Shown: piece after piece, positions 20,308 through 30,506 of the stretch
Layout: every line of letters begins with the position of its first letter
Numbering within the stretch: the stretch's first letter is position 1
Source: an uncultured Verrucomicrobiales bacterium
GTDB lineage: Bacteria; Verrucomicrobiota; Verrucomicrobiia; Verrucomicrobiales; CAZUPP01
Assembly (NCBI GenBank): GCA_964622095.1
Contig: CAZUPP010000016.1
Location: 13,553 to 77,552, forward strand
Reading direction: 5' to 3'
Length of the DNA: 64,000 bases
Made by a program: the position numbers and the translations under genes
The notes under the pieces: model-generated
What the model was told of the DNA's origin: nothing
Database searches by the model: none
What the model saw: only the letters and a program-made list of their open reading frames with translations

Positions 20308-21252
20308 TTATACCTCGACCCAGATGGACTTCAGGTAGTTGTCCCCCTGAAAATCCGGCGGCATTTCAGTCTGAGAAAGCCTTACCCTCTTGGCAATCCC
20401 TTTTCTGATCAACTCCGTAAAGCGCCGGTCCGGAAGCTTCCTTAAATTTGTGCAGCAGAGCAGGTGCCCTCCAGAAGATGGGAGTAATCCTTCGGCAAGC
20501 GTTACAAGCTGATCATAATGCTGTTCCACCCTGAATACTTTGCCGCGTTTGTTTCGCGAAAAACTGGGCGGATCAAGAATGATCACCTCAAATTCACGTC
20601 CGCGCCCGGCGAGCCTTTTCATCCAGTCAAAGACGTCGCCAAAAATAAAGTCGTGCTCCGGCTGCACAGGATCGAAACCGTTCGCCATGAAATTAGATTC
20701 TCCCCATTTCAGATAAGGCTTGGACAGATCCAGACTGCAGGTCTCTTTCGCGCCTCCTGCCGCGGCCGTTACGGAAAAGGTGCAGGTGTAGGCAAAGGTG
20801 TTCAGGACGCGTTTTCCGGGCGCGAATTCTTCACGCAGTCGCTGTCGGTTGTCTCTTTGATCCAGAAAGATTCCCTGGGAGTAGCCCGAGCGAAAACTGG
20901 CCAGAAACCGCAAGCCGTTCTCATGCACCGGGAACTCTTCTGGGGTGGGGGACTGCGGTTGTTCCCAGATAGGGATGGGACTGCTCTCGCGGTTGTCCTC
21001 TGCCAGCCTCTTCCACCAGAGACTCTGCGCGCCCTCTTCACAGGCCACGGCCTGGATGGTTTTGCGTAGAGACTCTTCAAGAGGAACATCCCGCGTGGAG
21101 AGCAGCCAGTGATCACCAAAGCGGTCCAGCTCCAAGCCAGGCAAATCGTCAAACGCTCCATTGACGAGGCGCAAGCCATCGGTGTGACCCGGGCGAAAGA
21201 TGCTGAGACGCCTCCTGATTGAATCTACCAGCTTGTGCCGGAGCAAGTCCAT
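20308..21252 (-). CDS. RlmI/RlmK-like class I SAM-dependent methyltransferase
   Basis: GIFLDQRDNR, VLNTFAYT, IILDPPSF. Confidence 0.88.
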   Translation of the reverse strand: MDLLRHKLVDSIRRRLSIFRPGHTDGLRLVNGAFDDLPGLELDRFGDHWLLSTRDVPLEESLRKTIQAVACEEGAQSLWWKRLAEDNRESSPIPIWEQPQSPTPEEFPVHENGLRFLASFRSGYSQGIFLDQRDNRQRLREEFAPGKRVLNTFAYTCTFSVTAAAGGAKETCSLDLSKPYLKWGESNFMANGFDPVQPEHDFIFGDVFDWMKRLAGRGREFEVIILDPPSFSRNKRGKVFRVEQHYDQLVTLAEGLLPSSGGHLLCCTNLRKLPDRRFTELIRKGIAKRVRLSQTEMPPDFQGDNYLKSIWVEV

Positions 21253-21301
21253 TCAGGGCAATCCTATCCTGCGGGACCGCGCATCTCAAGGCGGTATCAG
21301 T

Positions 21302-22141
21302 TCAGGCGGTCTGACGGAGCTGAATCTTATCCAGACCGGCCGGCGTCGTTGATTCCTTGTCGGCTTCCTCCGGCAGAAAAACTTCTGCTGGATCGGGAAA
21401 CCGGAATCCGTCTCCCCTCAGGGTATCAATGATCTCCGCCGTGGCCTGCGGCACCCAGGCGCGATTCGCGCCTGAGCGGGAATCATTTTCCAATCCAGGG
21501 GCTTCACTCCAGGAGCGGAAACGCAGGTCATGCAGCACGTAAACGCCTCCCCGGTGCAGCCGTGCATTCTTCAGGGTACGCTCAACAATGGTGGAAAAGT
21601 TGTCCGGCCCATAAAGGGTGTCATAGGAAAAATAGGTGATCGGGATAAGCGCCACGCCGCGTTCATCCAGGGTCTCGCGAAGCGCCTTGGTGATCACTCC
21701 AGCCGGAGGGCGAAAGGCGCGGCACTGAAAGGCAGGCACTCCGATGGCTTCCGCGATGGCGGCATCACACCGGTCGATCTCTTCGGTGATCACCGCTTTC
21801 CGGCGCAGCCAGAGAAGCCGGTGCTCCTGCGTGTGGTTGACTAGCAGGTGACCTTCCTCGTAAATCCGCCGGGTCAGGTTTGGATTAGCCTCCACGTGAC
21901 GGCCGACCACGCAGAAGGCGGCTTTCACCTGGCGCTCTGCCAGCACGTCGAGAATTCGTGCCGTGGTGTTGTGGATCCGGGTCGGTCCGTCATCAAACGT
22001 CAGGACGACCTCATTCTCGCGTCCCGGGAGAGCATTCTCACGCTTCTGGATGATGAGAATCTTTCCGAATCCCGCGACTTTGGGGCTGGCCACCGGCTCC
22101 TCGTCGCTCGGGTCACCGTCCTGTTTCCTTAGGAATGACAT
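21302..22141 (-). CDS. Polysaccharide deacetylase (CE4/NodB)
   Basis: LTFDDGP, NHTQEH, FRPPAG, VLHD motifs. Confidence 0.9.
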   Translation of the reverse strand: MSFLRKQDGDPSDEEPVASPKVAGFGKILIIQKRENALPGRENEVVLTFDDGPTRIHNTTARILDVLAERQVKAAFCVVGRHVEANPNLTRRIYEEGHLLVNHTQEHRLLWLRRKAVITEEIDRCDAAIAEAIGVPAFQCRAFRPPAGVITKALRETLDERGVALIPITYFSYDTLYGPDNFSTIVERTLKNARLHRGGVYVLHDLRFRSWSEAPGLENDSRSGANRAWVPQATAEIIDTLRGDGFRFPDPAEVFLPEEADKESTTPAGLDKIQLRQTA

Positions 22142-22146
22142 CAGTT

Positions 22147-23019
22147 CTATTCTCCGTAATTCCGGATGGGGAGCTCGCTGGCTGGACGGATCGATCCTTT
22201 TTCTTCACCCCGCATCGGCTCGGGGTCCCCCAAAAAGCGAGGCGGCGTGTCCAGCACGTAGATATCGAGGACCGCCTTGAGATTAGCCAGCTTTTCCCGT
22301 GCCTTGCTGCGCAGAGAGAACTTCAGGGGAATGTCTTCCGCGGCAAAAGCAATCGCTTCCAGGCCATGATGCCGTGCCAGAAAAACGCCCCGGTAGGTGT
22401 GGAATTTGTCCGTGATGAGCGTGCAGGTTCCCAGACCAAAGACCTTTTTTGCCCGCACAACGGAATCCAGGGTGCGATAGCCGGCAAAGTCCAGCGTCAT
22501 GTCCTCTTTTGATACGCCACGCCTCTCAAGCGCCTGATACATTGCCAGCGGCTCATTGTAGTTCAGGGAAGGGTTGGAACCGCTCAGCAAAAGGCGCTTC
22601 ACTTTGCCAGCATGGTAAAGCTCCGCGGCGGCATCTACCCGGCGTTGAAAGTGAAGATTGTTCTCACCCGTGCTGACCTTTGGACTGGTGCCCAAAACGA
22701 GTCCGACTTCGCGTTCAGGCACATGGTCGATCTTCTCGTAGATCGATGTCCGGGTGACTTGGTGAATCCAGAAATCAACCACCAGAATGATCAGGACAGC
22801 CATCAGGACACCTCCTCCTACGCCAATGGCAGACCAGCGCAGAAGGCGCCACGCGACAGACCGTGCAGCCTTACGGTCACCGCCCCTTTGTGCCGGATCG
22901 GCTCCCTCGGCTGACGGACCTTTCAGCTCCTCAGGCTCTGGAGAGTTCTCCGTCGTCCCCCGAGAACCCGGGTCGGAAAGTGAAGTTGCGCTTGGCTGGT
23001 TCATGCTGGGGCCGGACAA
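22147..23019 (-). CDS. SanA/YdcF/ElyC (DUF218) family protein
   Basis: TM then VLGTS, YHAGKV..LLLSG, YNEP..M, DFAGYRTLDSVVRAK.VFG; start uncertain. Confidence 0.9.
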   Translation of the reverse strand: MSGPSMNQPSATSLSDPGSRGTTENSPEPEELKGPSAEGADPAQRGGDRKAARSVAWRLLRWSAIGVGGGVLMAVLIILVVDFWIHQVTRTSIYEKIDHVPEREVGLVLGTSPKVSTGENNLHFQRRVDAAAELYHAGKVKRLLLSGSNPSLNYNEPLAMYQALERRGVSKEDMTLDFAGYRTLDSVVRAKKVFGLGTCTLITDKFHTYRGVFLARHHGLEAIAFAAEDIPLKFSLRSKAREKLANLKAVLDIYVLDTPPRFLGDPEPMRGEEKGSIRPASELPIRNYGE

Positions 23020-23147
23020 GAATCAGTCGGCTTCAATGGAGCGTTCAGAACCATTATGACGGGTAATGCGCCAAGCTTGTTCGAGAGGAGAATCTAAGCC
23101 CTCTTAAACGGAAACCGGAGCTGCCCCGTACAGGCCGCGAAGGGGAG

Positions 23148-23222
23148 TGGAGCGGGTGACGAGATTCGAACTCGCGACATCTTCCTTGGCAAGGAAGTGC
23201 TCTACCACTGAGCTACACCCGC
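23148..23222 (-). tRNA. tRNA-Gly (GCC)
   Basis: Reverse complement GCGGGTGTAGCTCAGTGGTAGAGCACTTCCTTGCCAAGGAAGATGTCGCGAGTTCGAATCTCGTCACCCGCTCCA folds as a cloverleaf with GCC anticodon and encoded CCA. Confidence 0.97.
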
Positions 23223-23324
23223 AAAAATGGGCCGAGCCTTGGCTCGTCTCACCGGCCGGCGTAAGATTAATCCCGAGCCAGAGAAAACCGGTAACATCAG
23301 CCAGACGTGCTGCAAGGGATTTTG

Positions 23325-23957
23325 TTAGCCCTGCGCTTCCTTTTCAAGCTCCATGAGCTTGCGGTAGTCCGCCTGTAAGCGCGGTCGTTCTGTCTTCAGA
23401 AACTGCTGCCATTCATTTGCCACCCGATTGCGCTCCAGGATCCGTTCGGATCGCAGAGCGGAAATATTCCGCATTTGATGAAGGACCTTTTGAGCCAACT
23501 CTTTGTTCTTTTCATTCACAGCCGTGAGTTCTTGGGCAAAGGACAGATAGGCCTCCCCAAGCTTTCTGGAACAGGCGCGGGAATTAATCGCCTCTGTGAT
23601 TCGATTACGCACCTCGAACAGGCGGGTGGTCATGTCTGCCTTGATGCTATTGGCGGTGACCTCTCCCAATTGTTCCTCGTCCAGCGATTCGGAATCAACC
23701 GGTGGCATCTCGGGCAGTTCGAACAGTTCAAGCGCAATCTCTCCCAGCTCTTCCGCAAAAAACTGCGGCGCTGCCGGTCCCTTGCCTGGTCTATCGAATT
23801 TCAGCAGACGATCAATCGCAGACTCACCCTCCTCACGGTCGGATTCAACGCTGTCCTTTTTCAACCCCATTTCCTGCTGGAAAAAGTCAGCAAACTTGTC
23901 CACACCCAGCAGCACAACCGCCAGTAATCCCCCAAAAAGAAGAAAACACTTCAGCAT
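23325..23957 (-). CDS. Hypothetical membrane-anchored helical protein
   Basis: N-terminal hydrophobic segment, coiled-coil-like remainder. Confidence 0.65.
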   Translation of the reverse strand: MLKCFLLFGGLLAVVLLGVDKFADFFQQEMGLKKDSVESDREEGESAIDRLLKFDRPGKGPAAPQFFAEELGEIALELFELPEMPPVDSESLDEEQLGEVTANSIKADMTTRLFEVRNRITEAINSRACSRKLGEAYLSFAQELTAVNEKNKELAQKVLHQMRNISALRSERILERNRVANEWQQFLKTERPRLQADYRKLMELEKEAQG

Positions 23958-24217
23958 AGAATTCCGATTGTTAAATCAGTATCAGTCTTAACCCCCATTC
24001 CCCGCCTGTATGACAAATCGGGAGGCCGGTTGTCACGGAGAAAACCCAAGAATTGCCCGAAAGGCTCCGGCGTTATGGTATCCCCGCTGACCACAGGTTT
24101 TCATCGACGGTTGCATTGAACCTGCGCTCCTGATAACTCATCGCGCAGAGCGGGTGTGGGAAAGGGCTCCGGGCGATCCGCTCCCCTTGAACGCCGCTTA
24201 ACCGACCGATCCCTGAC

Positions 24218-25753
24218 ATGACTTTCTGGTCTGCCGCCATCCTCTTTCTTTATGCCACCGCCGTGGTGGGGCTCCTCATTTACGGGCTCAACTGCTACGT
24301 GTTGCTGGGCATTTCCCTCTGGCACTGGCAAAAGCGGCGCAAAAGTGGCGAGCCGTTGGACAAGGCCGAAGCGCTCCCGCTCCCCGCGCCTCCACGCGAA
24401 GATTGGCCGGTGGTCACCACCCAGATCCCGCTTTACAATGAGTACAATGTTTCAGAGCGGGTTATCCGTGCCGTCGCGGCGATGTCCTACCCGCAGGGCA
24501 AACACGAAGTTCAGGTGCTTGATGATTCCACGGATGAATCCAGAGACCTGATCGATGAGGTCGTCGCGGCCATTCAGCGTGAGCAGCCCGGGCTTGATAT
24601 CAAGGTCTTCCGCCGCGAAGACCGGCAGGGGTACAAGGCGGGCGCCCTGCAGGAGGGCATGAAGGTCTGCCGTGGCGAGTTCATCGCGATCTTTGACAGT
24701 GACTTTGTGCCGCAACCGGAATTCCTGGAGATCGCCGTGCCTGAGCTGATGCGGCGCCCGGACACTGGCCTCATCCAGGGTAGGTGGACGCATCTGAACG
24801 CGGAGGATTCCTTCCTCACTGGTTCACAGGCGGTGGGTATCGATGGACACTTCGCGGTCGAGCAATTGGCCCGCGCTTACGGACATCTTTTCATGAACTT
24901 TAACGGCACGGCGGGTCTGTGGCGAAAACAGGCGATCATTGAAGCAGGCGGCTGGGAAGCCGATACGCTGACCGAAGACATGGATCTCTCCTACCGCGCG
25001 CAACTGGCCGGATGGAAACTGCACTATGAGCCAGATCTGGCCGTTCCCTCAGAGCTCCCGTCAAATTTCCGGGACTTCAAGAGTCAGCAATTCCGCTGGG
25101 CCAAGGGCTCTATCCAGACGGCCATGAAGATTTTTCCGCGGGTCCTGCGCTCGAACCGGTCCTGGCTCGTGAAGCTTCAGGCGTGGATGCATCTCACCCA
25201 GTATTCCATTCATCCCATGATGGTCATGATGGCCGTCTTTGCCCTGCCTGCACAGATCTTCGTCGACCTTCCCTTTACGGACTGGTTCCTTGTCATTTCT
25301 GGCCTGCTCATCCTTTTCGCGGCTCTGGGACCAAACACGATGTATTTTGCCAGCCAGCGTCTGCTTTACGCGGAAAACTGGACGAAGCGCATCGTCCTAT
25401 TACCGGTCCTGATGAGTGTTGGTGTCGGTGTCGCCGTCTCCAATACCCGGGCGGTGCTGGAAGCGGTAGCCGGGGTAAAGAGTAATTTTGTGCGCACACC
25501 GAAGAAGGGAAATGACGCGCGGCGGCGGAAGAACTACAACGTGGCACGCTCCCTCACCAGTCCGGTTCTGGAGATCGGTTTGGGCCTGCTCTGTCTGGCC
25601 GCCGTTGTTTCATACGTAATGAACGGGCTCTACTTTGCCCTGCCCTTCCTCATTATTTACACCTGCGGCTTTCTCCTCGTCGGAATCAGCAGTCTGATTG
25701 AGGAAATCATCCGTTTTGGCCCAAGCCCCGGTCCTGAGCCGAAAGCCGCGTGA
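24218..25753 (+). CDS. GT2 processive (cellulose-synthase-like) glycosyltransferase
   Basis: DDS, FDSDF, TED and QQFRW motifs, KAGAL, multiple TMs. Confidence 0.92.
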   Translation: MTFWSAAILFLYATAVVGLLIYGLNCYVLLGISLWHWQKRRKSGEPLDKAEALPLPAPPREDWPVVTTQIPLYNEYNVSERVIRAVAAMSYPQGKHEVQVLDDSTDESRDLIDEVVAAIQREQPGLDIKVFRREDRQGYKAGALQEGMKVCRGEFIAIFDSDFVPQPEFLEIAVPELMRRPDTGLIQGRWTHLNAEDSFLTGSQAVGIDGHFAVEQLARAYGHLFMNFNGTAGLWRKQAIIEAGGWEADTLTEDMDLSYRAQLAGWKLHYEPDLAVPSELPSNFRDFKSQQFRWAKGSIQTAMKIFPRVLRSNRSWLVKLQAWMHLTQYSIHPMMVMMAVFALPAQIFVDLPFTDWFLVISGLLILFAALGPNTMYFASQRLLYAENWTKRIVLLPVLMSVGVGVAVSNTRAVLEAVAGVKSNFVRTPKKGNDARRRKNYNVARSLTSPVLEIGLGLLCLAAVVSYVMNGLYFALPFLIIYTCGFLLVGISSLIEEIIRFGPSPGPEPKAA

Positions 25754-25787
25754 TGACACTGTGTGCTTCGCTCGTCCGCCCGATGTT

Positions 25788-26225
25788 CTAGCTTGAATAA
25801 CGGTCGACCATTTTGGCCAGTGAATCGGCTGAGCGGTTTCCCTGAATGCTCTTCTGCAGCCGGCCGTTTTTGTAGACTTCAATGAGGGGGATGGCCTTAA
25901 CCCCTCGAGCCTTATTGAGCTGTGGATTGCGGTGAACTTCCACCCGCACAACTCGCACCAGATTCGGCATGCGACGCTGGAGGGTGGTCAGATTGGCATC
26001 AAGCTTCCGACAGGGTGCGCAGTATTTTCCGGTGAAGAAGATGATCAGGACTTTGCCCTCGGATCGGATTGTCGACCAGTATTCGTCACCACTGATTTCT
26101 TCCAGGCTGGAGTGCCAGGAGTTGCTGATCGCTTCGACGCGCTCAAATGGTGTGAGGATGCTCACTGCGATGAAGGCGGAGAGAAAGCAGAGCGGAAGGA
26201 TGGAGGTGTGGGGAATGCGTTTCAT
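25788..26225 (-). CDS. Exported thioredoxin-family protein
   Basis: Signal peptide, YCAPC active site, cis-Pro loop (AIP). Confidence 0.8.
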   Translation of the reverse strand: MKRIPHTSILPLCFLSAFIAVSILTPFERVEAISNSWHSSLEEISGDEYWSTIRSEGKVLIIFFTGKYCAPCRKLDANLTTLQRRMPNLVRVVRVEVHRNPQLNKARGVKAIPLIEVYKNGRLQKSIQGNRSADSLAKMVDRYSS

Positions 26226-26550
26226 GGCCGTGTTTCACTTGCTGCTTCTGTTTGGGGAATAATCGTGCAAAGTGCACTGGTGAAGCATTGCAATGTGCAG
26301 TTGATTTCTCTTGCTTCGTATCCAGAAGCCTTTGGAAGTCTCTCTTCCTCAACGTCTGGACCAAGTATGGGAATTATGACGTTTCTGAAGAGCATATGTC
26401 GCGCCAAGCCCGCCGCTCCGCTCCCTTTCCCTCATCTTCCCTCATCTTCCCGTCAAACCTGCGAGATCATCGCAGTGTTTTCTCAAAAACGAGAAGGCGT
26501 TTTCCATGAAACCCTTGCCACCTCGTTCGCTGCGATGTATCACCCTCAGG

Positions 26551-26775
26551 ATGTCCTTCGCTGAGAAATACCCCCAACTCGCCTCCCTCTCCAACAAAGA
26601 GAAAGCTGAACTCTATGCGACTCTCGGCCAGTCAATGGAAGAGCAGGATGCCCAAGCGATAAGACCAGATTTGCTGGCGGAGCTAAATAGACGGATTGCA
26701 GAATATGAGAAGAATCCGTCTCAATTCACGACTTGGGAAGAAACGAAGCGAAGGATTCTTCAGAAGATTTCCTGA
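26551..26775 (+). CDS. Addiction-module antitoxin (TIGR02574-like)
   Basis: LS..EK..L...L..S...ELNRRIAEY..NP....TWEE pattern; directly upstream of RelE/ParE gene. Confidence 0.85.
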   Translation: MSFAEKYPQLASLSNKEKAELYATLGQSMEEQDAQAIRPDLLAELNRRIAEYEKNPSQFTTWEETKRRILQKIS

Positions 26776-26780
26776 AGAAA

Positions 26781-27083
26781 ATGGAATTTATCATTCTCTG
26801 GTCGGCCGATTCCGATGCCATTGAAGCATGTGCTTATTACGAAGAGGAGTCAGCCGGGTTAGGCCATGATTTTATCATGTGTCTTGAGGAGGTCTTTTCG
26901 CGAATCAAGCAATTTCCCGCAATGGCTCCCATTTTTTACAATGAGTTCTGCAAGATGAAGGTTCTGAGGTATCCGTTTGCTGTTTTCTATCGAGTATATC
27001 TAACGAGAATTGTTGTTGCGGCAATCCTTGATCTCCGCCAAGACCCTGAACGGATCAGGGCTCGCCTGGATCCTGCGCTGTAG
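26781..27083 (+). CDS. RelE/ParE-family toxin
   Basis: A..D..EA..YYE....GLG..F, I..FP, RYPFAVFY, I.V.AILDLRQDP. Confidence 0.85.
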   Translation: MEFIILWSADSDAIEACAYYEEESAGLGHDFIMCLEEVFSRIKQFPAMAPIFYNEFCKMKVLRYPFAVFYRVYLTRIVVAAILDLRQDPERIRARLDPAL

Positions 27084-27729
27084 GATTTCCTGCTGAATCA
27101 ATCCTCACCGTCACCGGAGGGCGAGGTTTGATCGTTGACCTCATCTCAATCGTGATGTTCGCCGCCGGGCGAAAGGGCCCCTGTCCTTCGGAGACAGTTT
27201 CCGCTGACGAATCGTAAAGACGCCAAATGCCGTCAGGTGCGATCAAGCCGATGATCTTTAGTGACCTAAGCTGCCCTCCCACATCACGGTTGAGGGCTAA
27301 TGTTTCAGCGGATGTCACTTCACGAATTTCCACTTCCCGCAACCGGAATGGATTGCCGGCTTCGCGCCATTTGCTGCCATCACTAACCAAAGCGGCAAAA
27401 TCAACACGGTCTCCGGAGATTAGCTGCGCCGGTTGAAGCCCTATAAACACCAGTTGATCCTCCGTTCCCTGCTTAACTGGGTTGGCATACGCAATCACGA
27501 TGGGCTTTCCGCCGGAAACGGCTTGAGCGCGCCAGGCGGCGAGCTTTTTCGTAAGCAGGGTTGCCTGCTGATTCAGTCCCGCATGGCCGCTTGGATTGCG
27601 TACCATCCAGATGGCCGTTAAACCGAGAATCGCGCTCAGAATCGCGAGGACGGCCAGTAATTCCACGAGAGTGAAAGCATTCAGCCCATCAGATTTCCGA
27701 TTGAAGTTTTCTTGCCCGGGCAGACGCAT
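27055..27729 (-). CDS. Prepilin-type N-terminal cleavage/methylation protein
   Basis: AFTLVELLAVLAIL motif. Confidence 0.8.
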   Translation of the reverse strand: MRLPGQENFNRKSDGLNAFTLVELLAVLAILSAILGLTAIWMVRNPSGHAGLNQQATLLTKKLAAWRAQAVSGGKPIVIAYANPVKQGTEDQLVFIGLQPAQLISGDRVDFAALVSDGSKWREAGNPFRLREVEIREVTSAETLALNRDVGGQLRSLKIIGLIAPDGIWRLYDSSAETVSEGQGPFRPAANITIEMRSTIKPRPPVTVRIDSAGNPTAQDPGEP

Positions 27730-27785
27730 TTGGTGCCACTCTACCGGTTCAACTCCCTTTCTGCGAACTCAAAGCGCTACACGCC

Positions 27786-28781
27786 GTGCCTCAAGAGCCA
27801 GGAATACTTCAACGCCTGATCAAGTCGTGGTTCCTGATCTCACTGGCCGTAACCGTGATGGTGGCCTGGCTGGCGCGGGACTTCATCGCCGGCAACGCTT
27901 CCTGGCTTCTGGTCGTGCGGAATGGGGCCATCGTCCTGATCTTCATTTTCAGTGGCCTCCTCATTCCCCTGCATGTCTTGGGGAAGGCGTTGCGCAACGC
28001 CCGTGCCCATAGCCTGATTCAGATCTTCTCATTTATCATCTTCCCTCTGGCCGGCGTTGTGGTGGTCCAGTTCCTGGATCTGTTGAGCGTGCAGACTGCG
28101 ATCAAGGCCGGGGTGCTGGTGATGTGTTGCCTTCCAACCACCATCACCTCGTGCGTGGCCTTTACCCGGGTGGCGGGAGGTAATGACGCAACCGCCCTGA
28201 TCAATGCGGTCCTGGGAAATCTGCTTGGCGTTTTCCTTACCCCGTTTCTTTTAATCCTTCTCCTGGGCCGCACCAGCCAGATTGATCTGGCCGAAGTGGT
28301 CGGCAAACTGGTGGTCCTTGTGGTTCTCCCATTGGCCGCTGGCCAGGTCCTCCGCGGCTTGGGAGCCCGTCCTTCTCAGCCCGTGAGCAAACGCCTCAGC
28401 CACGCCAGTCAGATCTGCATCCTGCTCATCCTGTGTATTGTCCTGGGCAAAAGCTTTGCCTCCGGTCTGATGATCCCGCCGGGAACCATCGCCCTTCTGG
28501 TGCTGGTGTCCCTTGGCCTTTACCTGATCATTTTCTGGGGAGCCTGGTGGGCGGCGACCGCGGTTCCGGGACTGCGTCTGGACCGTGGCGACCGCATCGC
28601 GGCGGCCATCTGTGGGTCAAATAAAACCCTGGCTATGGGCGCACCCCTTATTGCCATCGCCTTTGGTTCCGGGCCTGAGGCCGGGCTCATTCTCGCCCCC
28701 ATCCTGCTCTATGCCCCCGTCCAGATGACGTTGACGGGGCTGCTGGCCGCACGGTTCGCACAGTTCACACCGGCCGATTGA
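27786..28781 (+). CDS. Bile acid:sodium symporter (SBF-like) family transporter
   Basis: Multi-TM; LPTTITSCVAFTR.AGGN, GNLLGVFLTP, CGS.KTLA.G.P. Confidence 0.88.
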   Translation: MPQEPGILQRLIKSWFLISLAVTVMVAWLARDFIAGNASWLLVVRNGAIVLIFIFSGLLIPLHVLGKALRNARAHSLIQIFSFIIFPLAGVVVVQFLDLLSVQTAIKAGVLVMCCLPTTITSCVAFTRVAGGNDATALINAVLGNLLGVFLTPFLLILLLGRTSQIDLAEVVGKLVVLVVLPLAAGQVLRGLGARPSQPVSKRLSHASQICILLILCIVLGKSFASGLMIPPGTIALLVLVSLGLYLIIFWGAWWAATAVPGLRLDRGDRIAAAICGSNKTLAMGAPLIAIAFGSGPEAGLILAPILLYAPVQMTLTGLLAARFAQFTPAD

Positions 28782-28789
28782 GTGACGGA

Positions 28790-28815
28790 GTAACCAGTCA
28801 CCGGCCTGCTGCGTC
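28790..28815 (+). promoter_or_regulatory. Putative ECF-sigma promoter
   Basis: GTAACC-N16-CGTC upstream of the Spy-like/ECF operon. Confidence 0.5.
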
Positions 28816-28895
28816 TGTGGGAAATGAGGCGGGTGCATAAGCACAGACAACACCCGCCCCATCACCAGCAATAACAACAACAACACTGAAATGTT

Positions 28896-29798
28896 ATGAG
28901 CATTCTAAGATTCATCAAGGGCGGACTGACCATACTTGGCGCCGCCGTCGTCCTCGGCGCGACCGGGATCACCCTCACCTCAATCTGGGCCCAACCGAAT
29001 GGTCCACGCATCCTGGGCAATGGGGATTCCTCTTATGCCAAGGAAATGAGGGAGTTCAAACGCAGCCTGACCAGCGAGCAACGCGATCAAGTCGATGCCG
29101 TGCTGGAGTCATACCTGCCCACGTTGGAGCCCCTCGTCCGGCAAGGTATCGCTCAGCTCCGTGTCGTGCGGGATGCGGTGCAGGAAGGCCCGGCCAACAG
29201 CCAGCAAATCAAGGCGGCGGTGGCCGCTGCCAATGCGACTCAAGCCGAACTGGCCGTTCTCCGGTCGGCCATTGTCGCTGATCTGCAGCCGATCTTCACT
29301 GAAGAGCAGAAGACCGCCTTCCAGGAACGCGAGGTCATGATCGAAGGCATGGTCGATACCTGGCTTGAAACGGACTGGCGCTCGCTCGAACAAACGGTCG
29401 AGGAAGACGCTAATGGCTACTTCGCCAAGATCAAAGACCGCCGGAACAACGCGATCAAGAAACTGAAACTGACGGATCAACAACGCGAACAGATCCGCGC
29501 CGTGGTCCTGAATAACGAGACCCAGATCAAACCACTGCTCAACGATCTGGTGGAAGGCCGGCGTGCGATCAAGGACCTCGTGCGCGCCGATCAGCCGGAC
29601 GAAGAAGCCATCCGCGCTCAAGTCGCGGCGCAGTTGCCCACGCAAACACAGGCCGCGATCAAGCTGTCCGTGATCTACCAGCAGGTCACTTCCGCAATGG
29701 ACGCCGAGCAGCTTGCCAAGCTTGAGAAGCTGGAAGCCAAGCGCGAAAAACGGGTCGATCTGGTCGTGGATTTTATTTTTAACTGGATCGCCACCTGA
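28896..29798 (+). CDS. Tandem Spy/CpxP-like periplasmic protein
   Basis: Signal/TM, repeated LTxxQ-type motifs (LTSEQR, FTEEQK, LTDQQR, MDAEQ). Confidence 0.8.
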   Translation: MSILRFIKGGLTILGAAVVLGATGITLTSIWAQPNGPRILGNGDSSYAKEMREFKRSLTSEQRDQVDAVLESYLPTLEPLVRQGIAQLRVVRDAVQEGPANSQQIKAAVAAANATQAELAVLRSAIVADLQPIFTEEQKTAFQEREVMIEGMVDTWLETDWRSLEQTVEEDANGYFAKIKDRRNNAIKKLKLTDQQREQIRAVVLNNETQIKPLLNDLVEGRRAIKDLVRADQPDEEAIRAQVAAQLPTQTQAAIKLSVIYQQVTSAMDAEQLAKLEKLEAKREKRVDLVVDFIFNWIAT

Positions 29799-29864
29799 CA
29801 GGAAGCACCCGGCGGTAACCTTAAAGAACCCCCGGGGGGGTTATTCCCAACCCCGCGCTCACTC

Positions 29865-30506
29865 ATGGAAGCCACGGAACCCTCAACCCTCACCACCTGC
29901 GATGGGCCTCAAATACCTGATGATCGTGCCCTCATTGCGGAAGTCCTCCAGGCTCAGCGGGACGGTTATCCACCTGCTGCTGAGCAGGCTTTTGCCGAGC
30001 TGGTCCGGCGCCACAAGAAACGCATCTTTGGCATCGCCTCGAATTTCGCGCGGGATCATCATGAGCTGGAGGACCTTTGCCAGGAGGTTTTCCTCGCAGC
30101 CTACCGCAAGCTCGGGAAATTCCGCGGAGATGCGCCCTTCGAGCATTGGGTCAGCCGCATCGCGACGAATCGCTGTTACGATTTACTGCGCAAACGCAAG
30201 AACCACCCGGTCCAGACAGAGCTGGACGAGATCGGCTACCGGTTGGCAGATGATGCGCCGGAGAGTCAGCGTCGCGCTCGTGAAGCCCGGGAAATCCTTC
30301 ATCATGCCATGCAAGCACTGACCGCCAACCAACGCCTCAGCCTCACGCTCCTGGAGCTGGAAGGTTGCTCCGTCCGGGAAGCCGCGGAGCGGACGGGCTG
30401 GAGTGAAAGCAAGGTCAAGATCGAGGCCTTTCGCGGACGCAAGCGGCTGCGGGATATCCTCAGCGAGGAAAGTGGAACTCATCAACCCGCGGAGAAATCA
30501 GCATGA
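29865..30506 (+). CDS. ECF-type RNA polymerase sigma factor
   Basis: AF.ELVRRH, EDLCQEVFL, FEHWV.RIA.NRC.D.LR; region 4 HTH. Confidence 0.93.
   Translation: MEATEPSTLTTCDGPQIPDDRALIAEVLQAQRDGYPPAAEQAFAELVRRHKKRIFGIASNFARDHHELEDLCQEVFLAAYRKLGKFRGDAPFEHWVSRIATNRCYDLLRKRKNHPVQTELDEIGYRLADDAPESQRRAREAREILHHAMQALTANQRLSLTLLELEGCSVREAAERTGWSESKVKIEAFRGRKRLRDILSEESGTHQPAEKSA

Noticed and set aside
23000-23330. tRNA as integration site of a mobile element
   Set aside because: No integrase nearby and no duplicated tRNA 3' end noticed in the window
23147-23356. 69-aa ORF MERVTRFELATSSLARKCSTTELHP
   Set aside because: It is the antisense reading of tRNA-Gly
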